Assembly: GCA_021432655.1 (NCBI GenBank)
Contig: MU271566.1
Location: forward strand, 1-43,738
Length of the DNA stretch: 43,738 nucleotides
Origin: Atractiella rhizophila
Lineage: Eukaryota
Reading direction: 5' to 3'
Part shown: positions 23,397 to 35,699 of the stretch, in pieces
Position numbering within the stretch: position 1 is the stretch's first letter
Layout: each line of letters starts with the position of its first letter
Position numbers and translations under genes: made by a program
Notes under the pieces: generated by a model
The model's input: only the letters and a program-made list of their open reading frames with translations
Databases searched by the model: none
Told to the model about the DNA's origin: nothing

Positions 23397-25839
23397 CTTA
23401 AGTCGCATCATAGTCCCCATCGCGAGGTTACTGTCACTCTAGGCTGATTGTTGTTTGATATCGTTTGTAGTTTCATTAGCATTAAATGCTCTTAGTCGTT
23501 CTAAACTCATTACAATGTGTCAGCGTTTAACTTCATTTCTACATTGTTGCTTCAAGCCAAATTTCTTCTCAGCCATCATGCCGGGACGCATATGTCGGAA
23601 CGTCTCGTAGACAAACCGGACCTTTTGCACCAAAAAGCATCAACACAAGGTCCAAATTCAAGATGTCAAGGAACCGTCTTCAAATTCTCCTATTCTTTCC
23701 CAGCTTTAGTTTCCGAGCTCAAATGAACAGAGGGCCTCATTTCAACTGTCAAAGTAACATTCAAGTGTTTAACCAATCCATAGCATTTAACTGTAACCAA
23801 GATCACAAAGACAACTTGAAGGAAAGTATGGGAGAGAATTCAAACCAATCCCTCATCATGGCTGCACTGCTGAGCGACCATAATCGAAAGTAAATGATGT
23901 GTATGGACGTTGCGACATTGCACATGAGAGAGACGGTGCACACTGATAACGGCGTAGGGATATGGATATCTGTGATTGCAATGGCTGCATTCAAAATATG
24001 GATGGCAGCGAAGATAAGATGTAGCTGGTAAATGGCGGCTAGACAGACCGGACTGGAAAATATTAGGCAAGAAAGGCATGACTAAATTGGGAGGCTGTTA
24101 GTACTGTTACAACCGAAAAACGCATAACAAACAACAGTTTACACAATGCAGTCTGAGAGGCCGCTGCTCCCAACATTGCGCTTGAGCTAGCACTAGGGTG
24201 ATTGCGTCCTGAACCACTGGTCTATTGGTCCATTGCAACCCATTGGCCATGGAAGGCACCAGACATTGTCACCGCAACGAATTGCACCATGATACGCACA
24301 TACTTTGCTCCAGCTCCACCAGTATAGAACACACCCTTTTAATTTCACCACCATCAAATGTTTAAATATATTCTTCCTGTGAATCAAATTTGAAGGCAAT
24401 AGAACTCGAACTGGCAGCTCCAAGTCTCACAAGATTGCTTGAAGGAATCAAACATCGAAGCATGACAGCAGTTATGATATGGTGCATGGGGAAATAATTG
24501 AGAGACAAACACTGAATAAAAAGTACCCAAGTCTTGTAACGATTGCCGCAATAGTGCTTAGACTCTTGTCATTATCGTTTCACAATTTTTATGTTTTTAA
24601 TTCGCACAGGTGTTTGACGTCAACAAAACGACGACCCCTCCCCATTACGATCCTCTCCCATTCCTTCCTCTCTTGATTTTCCCTCTAATGCCAGTGTGAC
24701 TCCGCGATGAAGCTGGTAGGAAGCGAACTTTATCTCAAAATCCTGGTTGGATAGGATGAAGTTGTCTCTGTAGGTGAGCAGCTGTGTGAAGATTGTCTGG
24801 CTAGTAGGAGGCGGAGTATGCAATGGAGAAGACGTGGTACTATGGGCTGTGGTGCAGGAATGAAGCAAAAAGGTGAGGTCTGAGTTTTGGGAATGGGTGG
24901 CAAACAAAGCCATATTACCAACGCGTGAAACTCGCTGAAGTTTGCCACATCTTAGGCATGTATGTATTTCCGACTTCTAATTTCTCTGCTAACAAAAGAT
25001 ATATATTGTGGCAAGAGAAATGAAATGGATGTTCAATGTCTTTGAGTGCGATTCCACATATCCGCAAGTTCTCTACCAAATTCACAGAGCTTGACCGTGA
25101 GCGAATCTCCCTATTGTCACGAAGGTACCAGCTGTAATGGCTCCTTTCTAGATGCCTTGGAGCGTTCCTAAATGAATAGCCTAGCAGTTCGTGCCTTACC
25201 TCTTATCTTTCACATTATAATCCAACGTCCTCACTGGGGATTTCTTCTTAATTATATCGAAGAACTGTATCCTGTATCATTTCTTCAGCGGTTCGAGTTC
25301 TTTCTACAATATCAGGTCATCAGTGTAGGCACTTATGTTGGTTCACGTTGGTTGCAGAATTCGTTCCTGTCAATAGTTCTCCAATAATCTCTTTGTATGA
25401 CCAAAAGGATCTTGCTCACTCGAGTTATCTAGTATAGCTTCACAGAACGACTGTTGCTACTTGCCTCGTCAGTCTCATTTACAACCTTTCAGGCTGAGCT
25501 GAATTTGACTAGGACTTCGGAGACGAAGCTTACGATTTCATGTGTAAGTAACATCTTTGTTGGTTTCACATAGTTCTAGTAACGCCTCCTCGTAGAAATG
25601 GATCATGTTCCACACCGTTAATATGGAACGTGAGCCTCCCGGTCCACTCGTCAGCCTTTTTAACCAAAGGCATTAGGCGTGTCATCGTAATGGGATAGGT
25701 CAGAGCCATGAGATGAGAGGACATGTTGAAGGAATGGGGAAGGCAAGTGGGTCTGAAAATGTTGGGCTTCGACGAAGTGTGTTGTGCTCCGTTTTTTCTT
25801 CTGAGGTGAAAATCTGACTCGAAGGTGTCACCAGTCGAA

Positions 25840-26630
25840 GCTTTAGGCGCCGCCAATCCCTTTCCTCACATCCCTCCGAAGCCAGAAGATATGGTCTCCA
25901 TCTGCTACACATCCGGAACGACCGGTACCCCAAAAGGCGCAATCCTCACGCATGCCAGCATCACCTCTGTGGTTCTTGGAAACCTGCAGTTCGTCGTGCT
26001 TTTGTACTAGATGGATCATGACTTCACAATCGTGTTCGTTACAGCGGCGGCATAATCACTGCTGAGGACGTTGCGCTCAGTTTCCTCCCTCTCTCCCGCA
26101 TCTATGAACAGTTCATCGAGGAGTTCACAATGTGTGAGTCCCTCATCTTTCATCCCTGCCCTGAATCTTCAGCTGAGGCGACACGCAGGTATTGGGCAAA
26201 GCCATTGCTTTTGTTTCCTGCCCAATCCTCCCTAGATGTCCGCTCGTACACTCCGGCTCGTCAAGGACATGCAGATCCTGGGTCCTACCGTTTTGGTCGG
26301 CATGCCTCGTATCTTGAACCAGTTGTATCAGGCTGTCAGGTACGTCGCCTTCCATCAGAGGTTGGTTGCAGTTGCTGATTTGGACACAGTTTCAAACCCT
26401 GGAAGCACCAGGCGTCAAAGGTAAGCATCCCAAAATAGAGATATCATGAATCTAAAGAACGTACCAGGCAAACTCCTGAACCACATTATCGATACGAAAA
26501 TTCACAACCTGCGAACCTACAACCTTCCATTTCCCTTGCCCACAGGTCCCCTCCGACATAATACTGATCCTCACAGCAGACGAACAGGTGCGCTGTCGCT
26601 TCCCTACCTTGCACTTCTAACACTTGATTA
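25840..26630 (+). pseudogene. Internal fragment of long-chain fatty acyl-CoA synthetase (AMP-binding family), introns retained
   Basis: ICYTSGTTGTPKGAILTH, SFLPLSRIYE and LVKDMQILGPTVLVGMPRILNQLY. N- and C-terminal parts absent; frameshifted. Confidence 0.85.
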
Positions 26631-27231
26631 GCCGTCTATTGTCATTAATTCCCCGCTATTGTCGACCTAACTCGAATGACAACTCGAACGACCACTCGCA
26701 TCCCCTCCGCTCGGCTCCTGACATCTCCACGACAGTTGGTAACAATGGGACGTTGTGCAGACCACTGGTGGCTGGAGGAAAGCAGTAGATGGGAAATTGT
26801 GAAGGGGATGCGATGCGAGGCAGAAGGAGGACGTAAGGAACAGGAGGAGCAACAGGGAGAGAAACAGGCTGTAGTAAACGTGGTATACAAAAATTCAAGC
26901 GATTTAAACCAAATCTGAATCTGCTGGTGCCAACTTGGAGTCGAATGTTGAAGAAATTATCAGACCTTGAAAATTGTTATTTCGGATCTCATGCTGTCGC
27001 TTCACGGTTATTATATAATCTTACAACTGTTTCCTAGTAGCAACAATCTTTGTTCAAGCATTGTCGAGCCATAAAAGCATTGCCAAGACGTGCTTACTTG
27101 GCCATCACTCGCTGATGATTAATACATTATCTCTCAGAATGGTTGAAGTATGGTTTTTTCATTGCCCAAATACTGTCAATCCCAGACAATGGTGCTTGGT
27201 CGACGTCGATGATTTTCACGGTTGGCAGCGG

Positions 27232-27270
27232 TTGGACCAGGATCTCAAAAAGAGCCCTGTTCCGGCTAGG
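27232..27270. mobile_element. Second copy of the CMC-like right terminus
   Basis: TTGGACCAGGATCTCAAAAAGAGCCCTGTTCCGGCTAGG versus TTGGACAAGAATCCTGAAAAGGGACCCTGTTCCGGCTAGG at 5840-5879; last 16 bp identical. Confidence 0.6.
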
Positions 27271-27635
27271 TCATGATTCGTGACATTCCCCTTCAGGACA
27301 AAGTCATGTCCAGCAACATTCACCTCTTTTCGGTTGATTTCACAAAGTGACTGCCAAACATGTCAGATCAGACAAATGACACAGGAAAGGGCACACCTGC
27401 AAATCTTTCCTCCTCAACGAGCGCAAGGTCGCACCAACATCCACTTGACCTTTGAAGAATATGAAATTACGTGAGGAAACTATGAAACTAACGCACTAAG
27501 GTCCAGGTGGTTTGGCATGGATTCTAATAGCATATCAGTAAACTTCTGCTTGTGACCACTGTGGATCCCTTGGCCCTACAAGTACAGCGTAGGCACCATT
27601 TAGCACGACAAAAGAATGTCAGGGTTAGAGGAAAC

Positions 27636-28265
27636 ATGCCTGTGCTGGAGTTAATTCAAACTATCTGTCATTGGTTGATCGAGCCGCCTCAGCCAGGTAT
27701 GTTTCCATCACTGGATTAAGAGGTTCCAGCTTTTGTTCCATTCCAGCTCTTCTAGCAAACCCTGCAAGGAGAGAAAGAAGGTGGCACAGTTTCCAATAAC
27801 CTTCCAACTGTTCATAACCAGTTTCCACTGAATCCTTCGCAGGAGGTCCCGGAACCAGGTTGTTGCGCGAGTGTAAACAGTCGGTAGCTCAACGACAGTG
27901 TGGAGCAGCTTTGTGGTGTCGGAGGCTCGCGAACTAGGTAAATGATTCGGGAAAACAAGCAATCAATTTGAAATGGATTGGAATAGAGAGTTTTGGAGGG
28001 ATGGATAGAATGCTGCATGAGAACAATGTCATTGTTGTTTGGGTTAATGACAAAGTGGCATACGGGTGAGACTCTCGACTGTTGATATTGTAGCGTCAGT
28101 AGGGAGATACATCGCACAACTAGATATACTGCACACCAGTGGCTGAAACGTAAACAGATTCTTCGGTAGGCAGCTGACTGTCCTCTTGTTCAGATGGAGC
28201 TGACGTTCAGATTGTTCCAAGATTCGACAAATTGGAATTGTCATATCTTTCACGTAAGGAGGTAA
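27636..28265 (+). pseudogene. Possible small spliced gene of unknown function
   Basis: Coding-like segments MPVLELIQTICHWL, MDRMLHENNVIVVWVNDK and YTAHQWLKRKQILR*AADCPLVQMELTFRLF, with GTATGT/GTGAG donors. Confidence 0.25.
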
Positions 28266-28287
28266 TCTGAGAGCTATTTTGTTGGAT

Positions 28288-30415
28288 TCAATTAGTGATC
28301 TGCTTCAGCCGATCATGGACTTGAAGGAGGTTGCAGTACTGATTGCTGGAACAATCATGGCGGGTCAAGAATTCGTCGGCGGTTTGGGGTAAATTCCCAA
28401 GTCCAAACCTCATCCAGGAACGGCGATTAGTAATGGTTGCAGTTGAGATGCCCATGACAGCATGAACCTCGCTCCCAATTCCATACTGACCATGATTTGA
28501 GGATCTGTGAGCGAGAAGCCTGAGGCTGCCTTCTGTAGTTATAACGATTCATCCTCAGGACAGCGCACACACACGTTGGAAGTCAATGGTGTAAAGGCCA
28601 TTTGTCATCAAATACCGGACATGTTGGAGCGACTCAAGATAAATGGTGGCATCAGATGGAGGGGGGGATTATGCCTTTCGAATTATGGAGCATTTTGCTT
28701 CTGTTGCTATTGAGAAGCGGTTCTACGAATAGGTAATGCTCATAACGACTTAAGTGGACTGTCATGATGGCACCTTTCACGAAAGAGAAGGAGGTGAGGT
28801 TGTGAAACTTTGCTGGTAGTAAACATTTGTCGGCAGCATGGCACGCACATTTTCTGACAGAAGTGAATCCGCCCATATGAGATTGAGCGCATCGCAAACA
28901 ATCTGTTGATACTCTTCTCCAGGCGAAAGAGCACGAAGGCCATCAAACGTGTTTTTGCTGTCGGACAGCTTTCTTCACTGCTACATCCAATTTCCAGCGC
29001 TTTCCGTTCCTCTCAAATAGAAATAACCCTTTATGAGCCACACGAAAGCTGCCACGCTCTAGCTCCTGATCAAAGTTGATTATTAAGCGAACCTGAGATT
29101 CAACGGATGGGAGATTGGTAAGTGAAGGTGTTCCTGGGCTAAGGGCATGTGGAACCAATTCTTCAATTGGAAGCGGAAGAAGGGAGGTGACATTGACGGC
29201 GTAGATGGCCTGGTTTTCATAGGTAACTGCTGACATGGAGAGAGAAGGTATTTGCAGCTGTTCTGCATTGATGGCCAAACGAATATCATTTTGAAGGTTG
29301 AACACAGGGAGGAGACACTTGTTAGCAGTGACTGTAGTGGTGAGATCAAGCAGGGTGTGTGTTCAAGTTTTAGGAAGGTGCTTGACAGAGGGGTCGGCCA
29401 ACACTTGATTCGCATTGGCAAGAGGGATTATGAAAGATGGCAGCAGAGAAGAAGTCGGCCATTCTTGTGCAAGTTGTCCATCTGCCTCATTTTGGTGTGT
29501 TAAAGAAAGTGAAGGAGGTAATAGTGGGTTTGAGGATCTGCATTTGAATTTCCAACGAAAGAGAGCCCATGACGTGATGGCTCATCTTGGACATCAATCC
29601 GCATACTGTGACAAACGAGAAAGCGTCTGAGGTGGGGGTAGGAAGTCTGACAGGCAATTCAGAACAATCTTGAGCATTATCATGACCGGCTTCCTGTTCG
29701 TCTGCAGAGCTTGTAGCTGTAGTGTTCCACTCACTGAGAAAAGTGTCCATTAGCCTTCCATTACGAACATTCTCCCAGGACTCCAACTTGATCAACACAA
29801 TAAGGCTGATTGACGCACCGTCTTTTGGTCCACCAGGATTTCAGATAGCAGCCAAAACTTACCTTCACTTCTCCTCACATTATTCTCTTGGGCTACGCAT
29901 CGCAACATATCTGAGACATGTGGAAGTGGAGAGGGTACAGTTCCTGCAGGATGAAGACCCGCTGAGATTGTGATGAGGTCATCCTTGTCACGGAGGTGGA
30001 GCGAGATTGTGGTTGCAGGCCTGTGTCGTAGAATGGTGCTGTTGAGCAATCAAAATATTCAAAGCTGACTAGCGCTGGCATTCTACTTACCAAGTGTGTG
30101 AGCCCCAATAATTGGACCAGTTACAGCGTGTGGATGACAACTTTGACAAAGAGCTCGGCTTCCTATTGAAAAGTTAACATTAAATCATGATGGGTTCAAC
30201 AATATGATGAGATAAATTGTACCACTTTCTTGATAGCGAGCTGATTTGTGGTCGTAATAATAAAAACAGTCCAAGCAGTAACGAGTCTCCATTGACTTAT
30301 TGGTCTGTTTGTCGACGACTGTGACAACTTTCGTGGGGGTCAAAGGAATCTTGTTAAGCGTTGAAGGGCACAGTGTTCCGTCTTTCGTCCTCTGTTTACT
30401 AGTGCAGTAGACCAT
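28288..30415 (-). pseudogene. Alpha-kinase (eEF2K/MHCK-like) family protein with Cys-rich N-terminus, frameshifted
   Basis: GSFRVAHKG..VAVK, LFVEPLL..KMLHNS, LQHVRYLMTNG..IDFQ, LTDPQIM, FGLGN and H-DCSSNQYC, in alpha-kinase subdomain order across frameshifts and introns. Confidence 0.82.
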
Positions 30416-30698
30416 GCAACTTCATCCTCAGTGGCGATTATCTGAAGTAGGGGAGGTATAGCTTAAGTTGGGGATTCGTAAGGCTCTCCTCAACGAGCTC
30501 CATCTAATATTTAAGGACCAGTACAGTGGAGGGTTAACATTACCTGCCAAGTATGATCTGACCACCTGTTATAAAGACATGCACCTTTCTAGCAATATCC
30601 GATTTTTCCAGTATCCACCAGAATATGAACCTAATGAGGTTATATCTGTCTGTATTCATTGTCAGTGTCTTGATCCACTGATGATATGGGCTACCAAT

Positions 30699-32310
30699 AT
30701 GGGAATTTACGTCAGGTTATTTATCATTCTGCTTCTGTGTAATCTGAATGCTTCAGATAGCCCCTGTCATTCAGGGATCTATTGCTCGAAGCTTGCAGAA
30801 CGGAATGAACGCAACAAGCTATGCTGGACAAAGTCAACTGGGGGGTTGAAGCAAAAGAGGTGAGCAAACCATTAGGTATACCTTCAGTACCATCTTAACT
30901 CAAAGTTATGATGGTAGGCTGATGTTGTTGCAACTAGTCTTGCCAGTGTGAAGAAATGGCAAAAGATCTGGGATTGTCAGAGCTCCAGAGCATCGAAATA
31001 TAAGACAGTGGAAGCATCAAAGATGCCACAGACCTGATCAAGAAATCTTATCCAACTCCTGGCCAAAGCCACTTACAAGCCCTGCTCAAGCGTGAGGGTA
31101 TTGAAACCTCACAGTAAGTATCTTCCCCAATTACATTGTTTATCTAACAACTGGTTCGCTGCCAGCAGAGTGGTCACTAACGTTTACAATAGGGTTTATG
31201 ATTCTGGCTTCAGTAGCTGCCAGCCCAGGAAGAATGTATTCAAACGCAAAACTTACAGGGTAACCGGGCTCAATGACCACTGGGCTTTCAACCAACACGA
31301 TAAAGTGAGGGTGGCGCTTTCAACTCCTGTTTTGTATGCTGAAGTGGTTGCATTTTAGTGGGGACCACAGTTTGGGATATGGTTGCATGTTTGCCTTGAT
31401 GGATGGTTGGGAAGAGTACTCTGGGCACAAGTATGGTGGACAAACTCAATATTACTTGGATGCTGTTCGTGAAAATAGGCATCGTAAGTCGATTCTCAGT
31501 TTATTAAATATTTGTTTACTAAATTTCAAACATCAGGACCACCTTGTGTTACCCAATCTGACTTTGGGAATGAGAATCACGGGCCAGCGAATGCTCATAC
31601 CCTGTTACAACAGTTAATAGAACCGCAACTCCCTGAAATTATTGTGCATCGATGGTGTCCTGATAAGAAAAACATCAAGTCCGAACAATGGTGGTCTGGG
31701 ATGTGTTGATCGTGGGGTCCTAAGTATGAGAATTTGATGCAGGATGGAGTGAACTGTGGGTGGTATGACAAATGCTCTCAGCTTGATGTGTTCGTACTAT
31801 TCTATTCACCTCCCCAACCCTTCTTAGATATTATCTGACTTAACGCATTGCTACCATTGATGCAGTTTAGCTTCCTGCTATGTCTTTATCCCATTCCTTC
31901 AAATAAAATTATACGACTATGCTTTCATCTTTCTCAACAACTACTCCAAATGATATGATTGATATCGCAAGCTTCCTCAAGGAGGTACCCCAAATACCAT
32001 GAACAGAGAGCCTCAAAAGTTCAATGGTGAGGACTATGCGGTATGTCCCCTCTTCTTCAGCCAATGCATTGCATGTAACCCCTCAGTCACAGATCCAAGT
32101 CACCAAAGAGCAAGTCAATGATGTTGAAACTGTCATTTCCCCCAGTGATCATCTAATATTTGATCTCGCCCCATACGAATACAGAAACATGTTTGCTGCA
32201 GTGGTAGAGGAACAGAAGATTGTTCCAACTCAGTTGACTGTAGATAATGTATGAGCAGCATACTTACGTATGCAAGTGGGGGGATGTGCGTTGTTAGAAT
32301 GATGACTGAA
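30699..32310 (+). pseudogene. IS3EU-like / integrase-core DDE transposase with N-terminal HTH-like region, multi-intron, inactivated
   Basis: FKRKTYRVTGLNDHWAFNQHDK / WGPQFGIWLHVCLDGWLGRVLW, PCVTQSDFGNEN, KNIKSEQWW and VFIPFLQ. First catalytic D appears as N; several TGA stops. Confidence 0.8.
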
Positions 32311-35300
32311 ATGTAGACCCTTGGTGATGGAGACTTCCACACGTAGGAGATTGAGATTGCTACTGAGGTTTGTGTCTCTTGAATCACATCATGTATCCTA
32401 TATTCAACTACAGTCCTAGAAACTCACAATTCCTGCTCTAACCAGCTTCCACAAGATGCATCTTTCTGACGATGCTCTCCTCAGCCCTGACTTGCCACTG
32501 CCTAATTTCAACATTGTGGATGAACATGGCAATCAGATATTCAATTTCCGTGATATAAGGGCCATTTAGGGAGACCAGCATGAGACAATCGATATTCCTG
32601 CATGTCAGAAGGCAAAGCACTCTTCAGGGATGATGGAATAGATGCCATTTGGGATGCGAGTTTTTTTAGAGGATGGGAAGGAAGGGATGGTACATTGTGA
32701 AGATGATACAGATACCTAAGTTCGTGAAGGATGTATCAAAGATGAGAACTTCAGCAGTATAGCTAATTGATTGGAATAATGATATGATGATCAAGCGAAT
32801 ATAATCTTCATTTCAATGAACAGTAATATGTCTTATGCTAAGTATGATCAATCAAGCTGTGGGAATGTCCCTACTACAATTTCGTCGGCTGCATGCAGCA
32901 ACGATAAATTGTTTCAATCCAAGCTTTGGCAGTCCAACAAATGTCTGACATTGTAAGCATTATCAAATCACTCAGGCTATTGTACAACGGAGCCTCAGAT
33001 AGTTATCTCCTCGTTATGGCGGGAAATCCACAGCAGGATCACAATCATTCTTCCTCAAACTCTTGCTAATTTCGCACTATAACCTGTACATTAGATTCGA
33101 ATAGATGTATTTAGCACATGGACAGCTTTGCAAGCTATCTGGAGAAAGTGCGAGTGATGTAGTGTGAACTTGCCATCCAGCTGGCTGATAATGGTGAAGA
33201 GTACATCAGCTCACCAGTCAGGGCTCCGGAACATATTAATCAGAACTTGAGCTCGATCTTCCTCTCCCTCTCCCTCCTTTCTGAGCCCAAACCTGGCTGT
33301 TTGTATCATTTGAGTGGAAAAGCAGGAAGAGACACGCGGCACGGCCAATTTGTGCTGTCGATACAACAGACTGATCTATAACTAATATGTGTTTGTTACT
33401 TAAGAGGTAATTTGTGCATGCTCTGGTTTGTTCATCGTCTCCTGGTACTGTTTTTACCCTGGTTAAACAACTGTTTCGTTCTCCTACGACGTTTCTTCTT
33501 AACACTTTGCTTCTTGCTGGCTAAGCTGGTGAATGCTTGGAGCAATCATGCGAGGTGCAAGAAGGCCTAAGGCGAATCATACAATCAGAATTTGGGTATT
33601 TTTTTGATAAATTTTCCGCTCATATTGTAATACATTGTAAGGTAAGCTCCATATTTTGGTCAGTGTTGCAAGCTTTCAATTTGACATTTTAGGACTCAGC
33701 TCTATGGAAAATCCCGGTTATTTATTCCATCGTACACACAGACATGGAGGGCAACTTTAGGACGGTCAATTCAACCTTGTATCTTATGTTGGATGGATTC
33801 ATGGCTCAAGGATGTTCCCCCTCTTCAGCCAGAGCATCTCGATCTTGGCTCGCAGTCTCTGATCCCCTGAATGTATGAAAATCCAACAATAATGTGTCAA
33901 GTTTGATAATCACTCATAACAAGAAACGTTAATGAATGCTGCTTTCTTATTCCTTAGTTCGTACTCAGCTACCTTACAGCTAGAATGTTCTTCGGTCATG
34001 ATGTAACTCCATATCAGACAATGTCCAAGTTGTTAACTGTGATTTCACATCTCATGGCAATAAACTTATTTGCATTCCACTTTCCACCAATGCATCCTCA
34101 TTTTTACCAAGCCAGAGCTACAAACATATATTAACACTTGGCTCCTGGCCGCCTATCTTATTGGATCCAGTGTGATCCAGAGGAGGCCTGTTGCTGATTC
34201 AACATCAAGGTCGGCATGCACGCTGTATCTTCTGATGTCCATCCAATTTCTTCAAATACCCCCATTCTCCCACTTGGTCAGCAACAACCCCTTGATGCGT
34301 GGACGATTACCTCAGTCAAATGTGAGTACCCTATCCCACGAATGGTCTAGCTTGACTGGAATGGATGGTGAGGAGTAAGCGAAGTTGGGGTGGGGAAGAA
34401 CGAGTGATACGATGGGAGGACGACGAGATGGGAGGAGGAGTGGTGATTGGAGGTGTAGGTGGATCAACAAGCGGTGTGGACCACATTTGGTATGATTCAT
34501 GAGGAATGTACGCAGTGGAGAACGGGTCCACACCGCCAGGACTATAGCAACAAGGTCAGGACATTGCACTACAACCTCCAAACCTACTTGGGTATCAAAA
34601 TTTGCTCCATCCTATTTCTCCAAGACGGAATTTAAGAGACTGTCATGGAACTCAACCATCCTCGATGGACAGAAATAAAGCACAGCCATGTTCCAGCTGG
34701 TCCGGTGGATGGATGGAAGAGTGGAGAGGAGGTGAAGCAGGATGAACTAGAAGGGGTTCAAGTTGATGTTCTGGTGCCTCAGCAACATAAATCAACTCAA
34801 TTATCCAGGTCCTTTCACAGGTATTGTACAAATTGGAGCCAGACCGCGGTCATCGCACGACGACAAAAATGTGCAGAAAATTCCCATAGCCCAGCAAACC
34901 TCCATAGCAGCCAAACAACAAGTGTGTGAGCGGCTTATGCTGAATCCCAATGTGTGCAAGTGGCGACTTCGGCTGACAATCGAAATGTAGGAAAAGGAGG
35001 CTCGAGCGACTCAAAGTTTATGCAGTCTCTTCGCTCTTACATTTGGCTCTCTCAAAAGCAAGCTAAATTGATTCTTTTGGAAATGGGCGAGCAGAGCAGA
35101 CTGCTAGCTGCTTACGTGGGCTGAGCTCTTGCAAATGCATGAGCACCAGCAATGGAATTCTATGTGCTTATATAGTTTTCAGGTAGTGGCAGCTAGAAAG
35201 TGACAGAACGTTCAAGAAGAATAAAGGCACATAGCGAGACTGAAATCTAACAGATTCTCATCTCCTTGACGTTCACCAGCTGAGCCGATCTTGAGTTCAT

Positions 35301-35661
35301 CAAGAGAGCCTTGAATAATCGTGCATTGGAGAAGTGGGAACCAAGTTTGGGGTTGACAGGAAGCGAAAACATCAAACTGTTAAGATACTGATACTGGCAT
35401 AATGCATAATCAATATTCAATTTTCAACCGATGGAAAAAGGTAAAAGCAGATGAAACTGTACATCATTCGTATTCAATCTCTCAATCCTTAAAGGCTTGT
35501 CACTCCTTTTGAGAGAAGTGTGCCAAGTGATCCGTCTTTGACATCAGCTACAGTCTGAAAATGATCAAGAATGAGACATTTCATATCCTAAAGATACTGC
35601 GCTACAACTTCTGGCTCTACGGCATTAGAAGGGAGAAGCTCAAAGATATCCTAGTAAAGCT

Positions 35662-35698
35662 TAGATTAAAGCATAGATTAAAGCATAGATTAAAGCAT
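35662..35698 (+). repeat. 12-bp tandem repeat (TAGATTAAAGCA)x3
   Basis: Direct reading. Confidence 0.9.
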
Positions 35699-35699
35699 T

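Larger units (their letters stand above)
27497..33093. mobile_element. Candidate IS3EU-like DNA transposon carrying an alpha-kinase
   Basis: DDE integrase gene plus divergent alpha-kinase gene, bounded by a degenerate ~110-bp inverted repeat (27497-27607 / 32982-33093). No TSD found. Confidence 0.5.

Noticed and set aside
24191..24200. CACTAGGG as a CACTA left end pairing with 27270
   Set aside because: Not complementary to the CCCTGTTCCGGCTAGG terminus beyond a few bases.
23400..25800. Short ORFs of 60-97 aa on both strands
   Set aside because: No recognisable motifs or consistent exon structure.
26671..26702. ACTCGAATGACA-like degenerate 12-bp repeats
   Set aside because: Only about three imperfect units, with no further structure.
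35662..35698. Short tandem repeat as a CRISPR or telomere-like array
   Set aside because: Three 12-bp units without spacers; ordinary slippage repeat in eukaryotic DNA.
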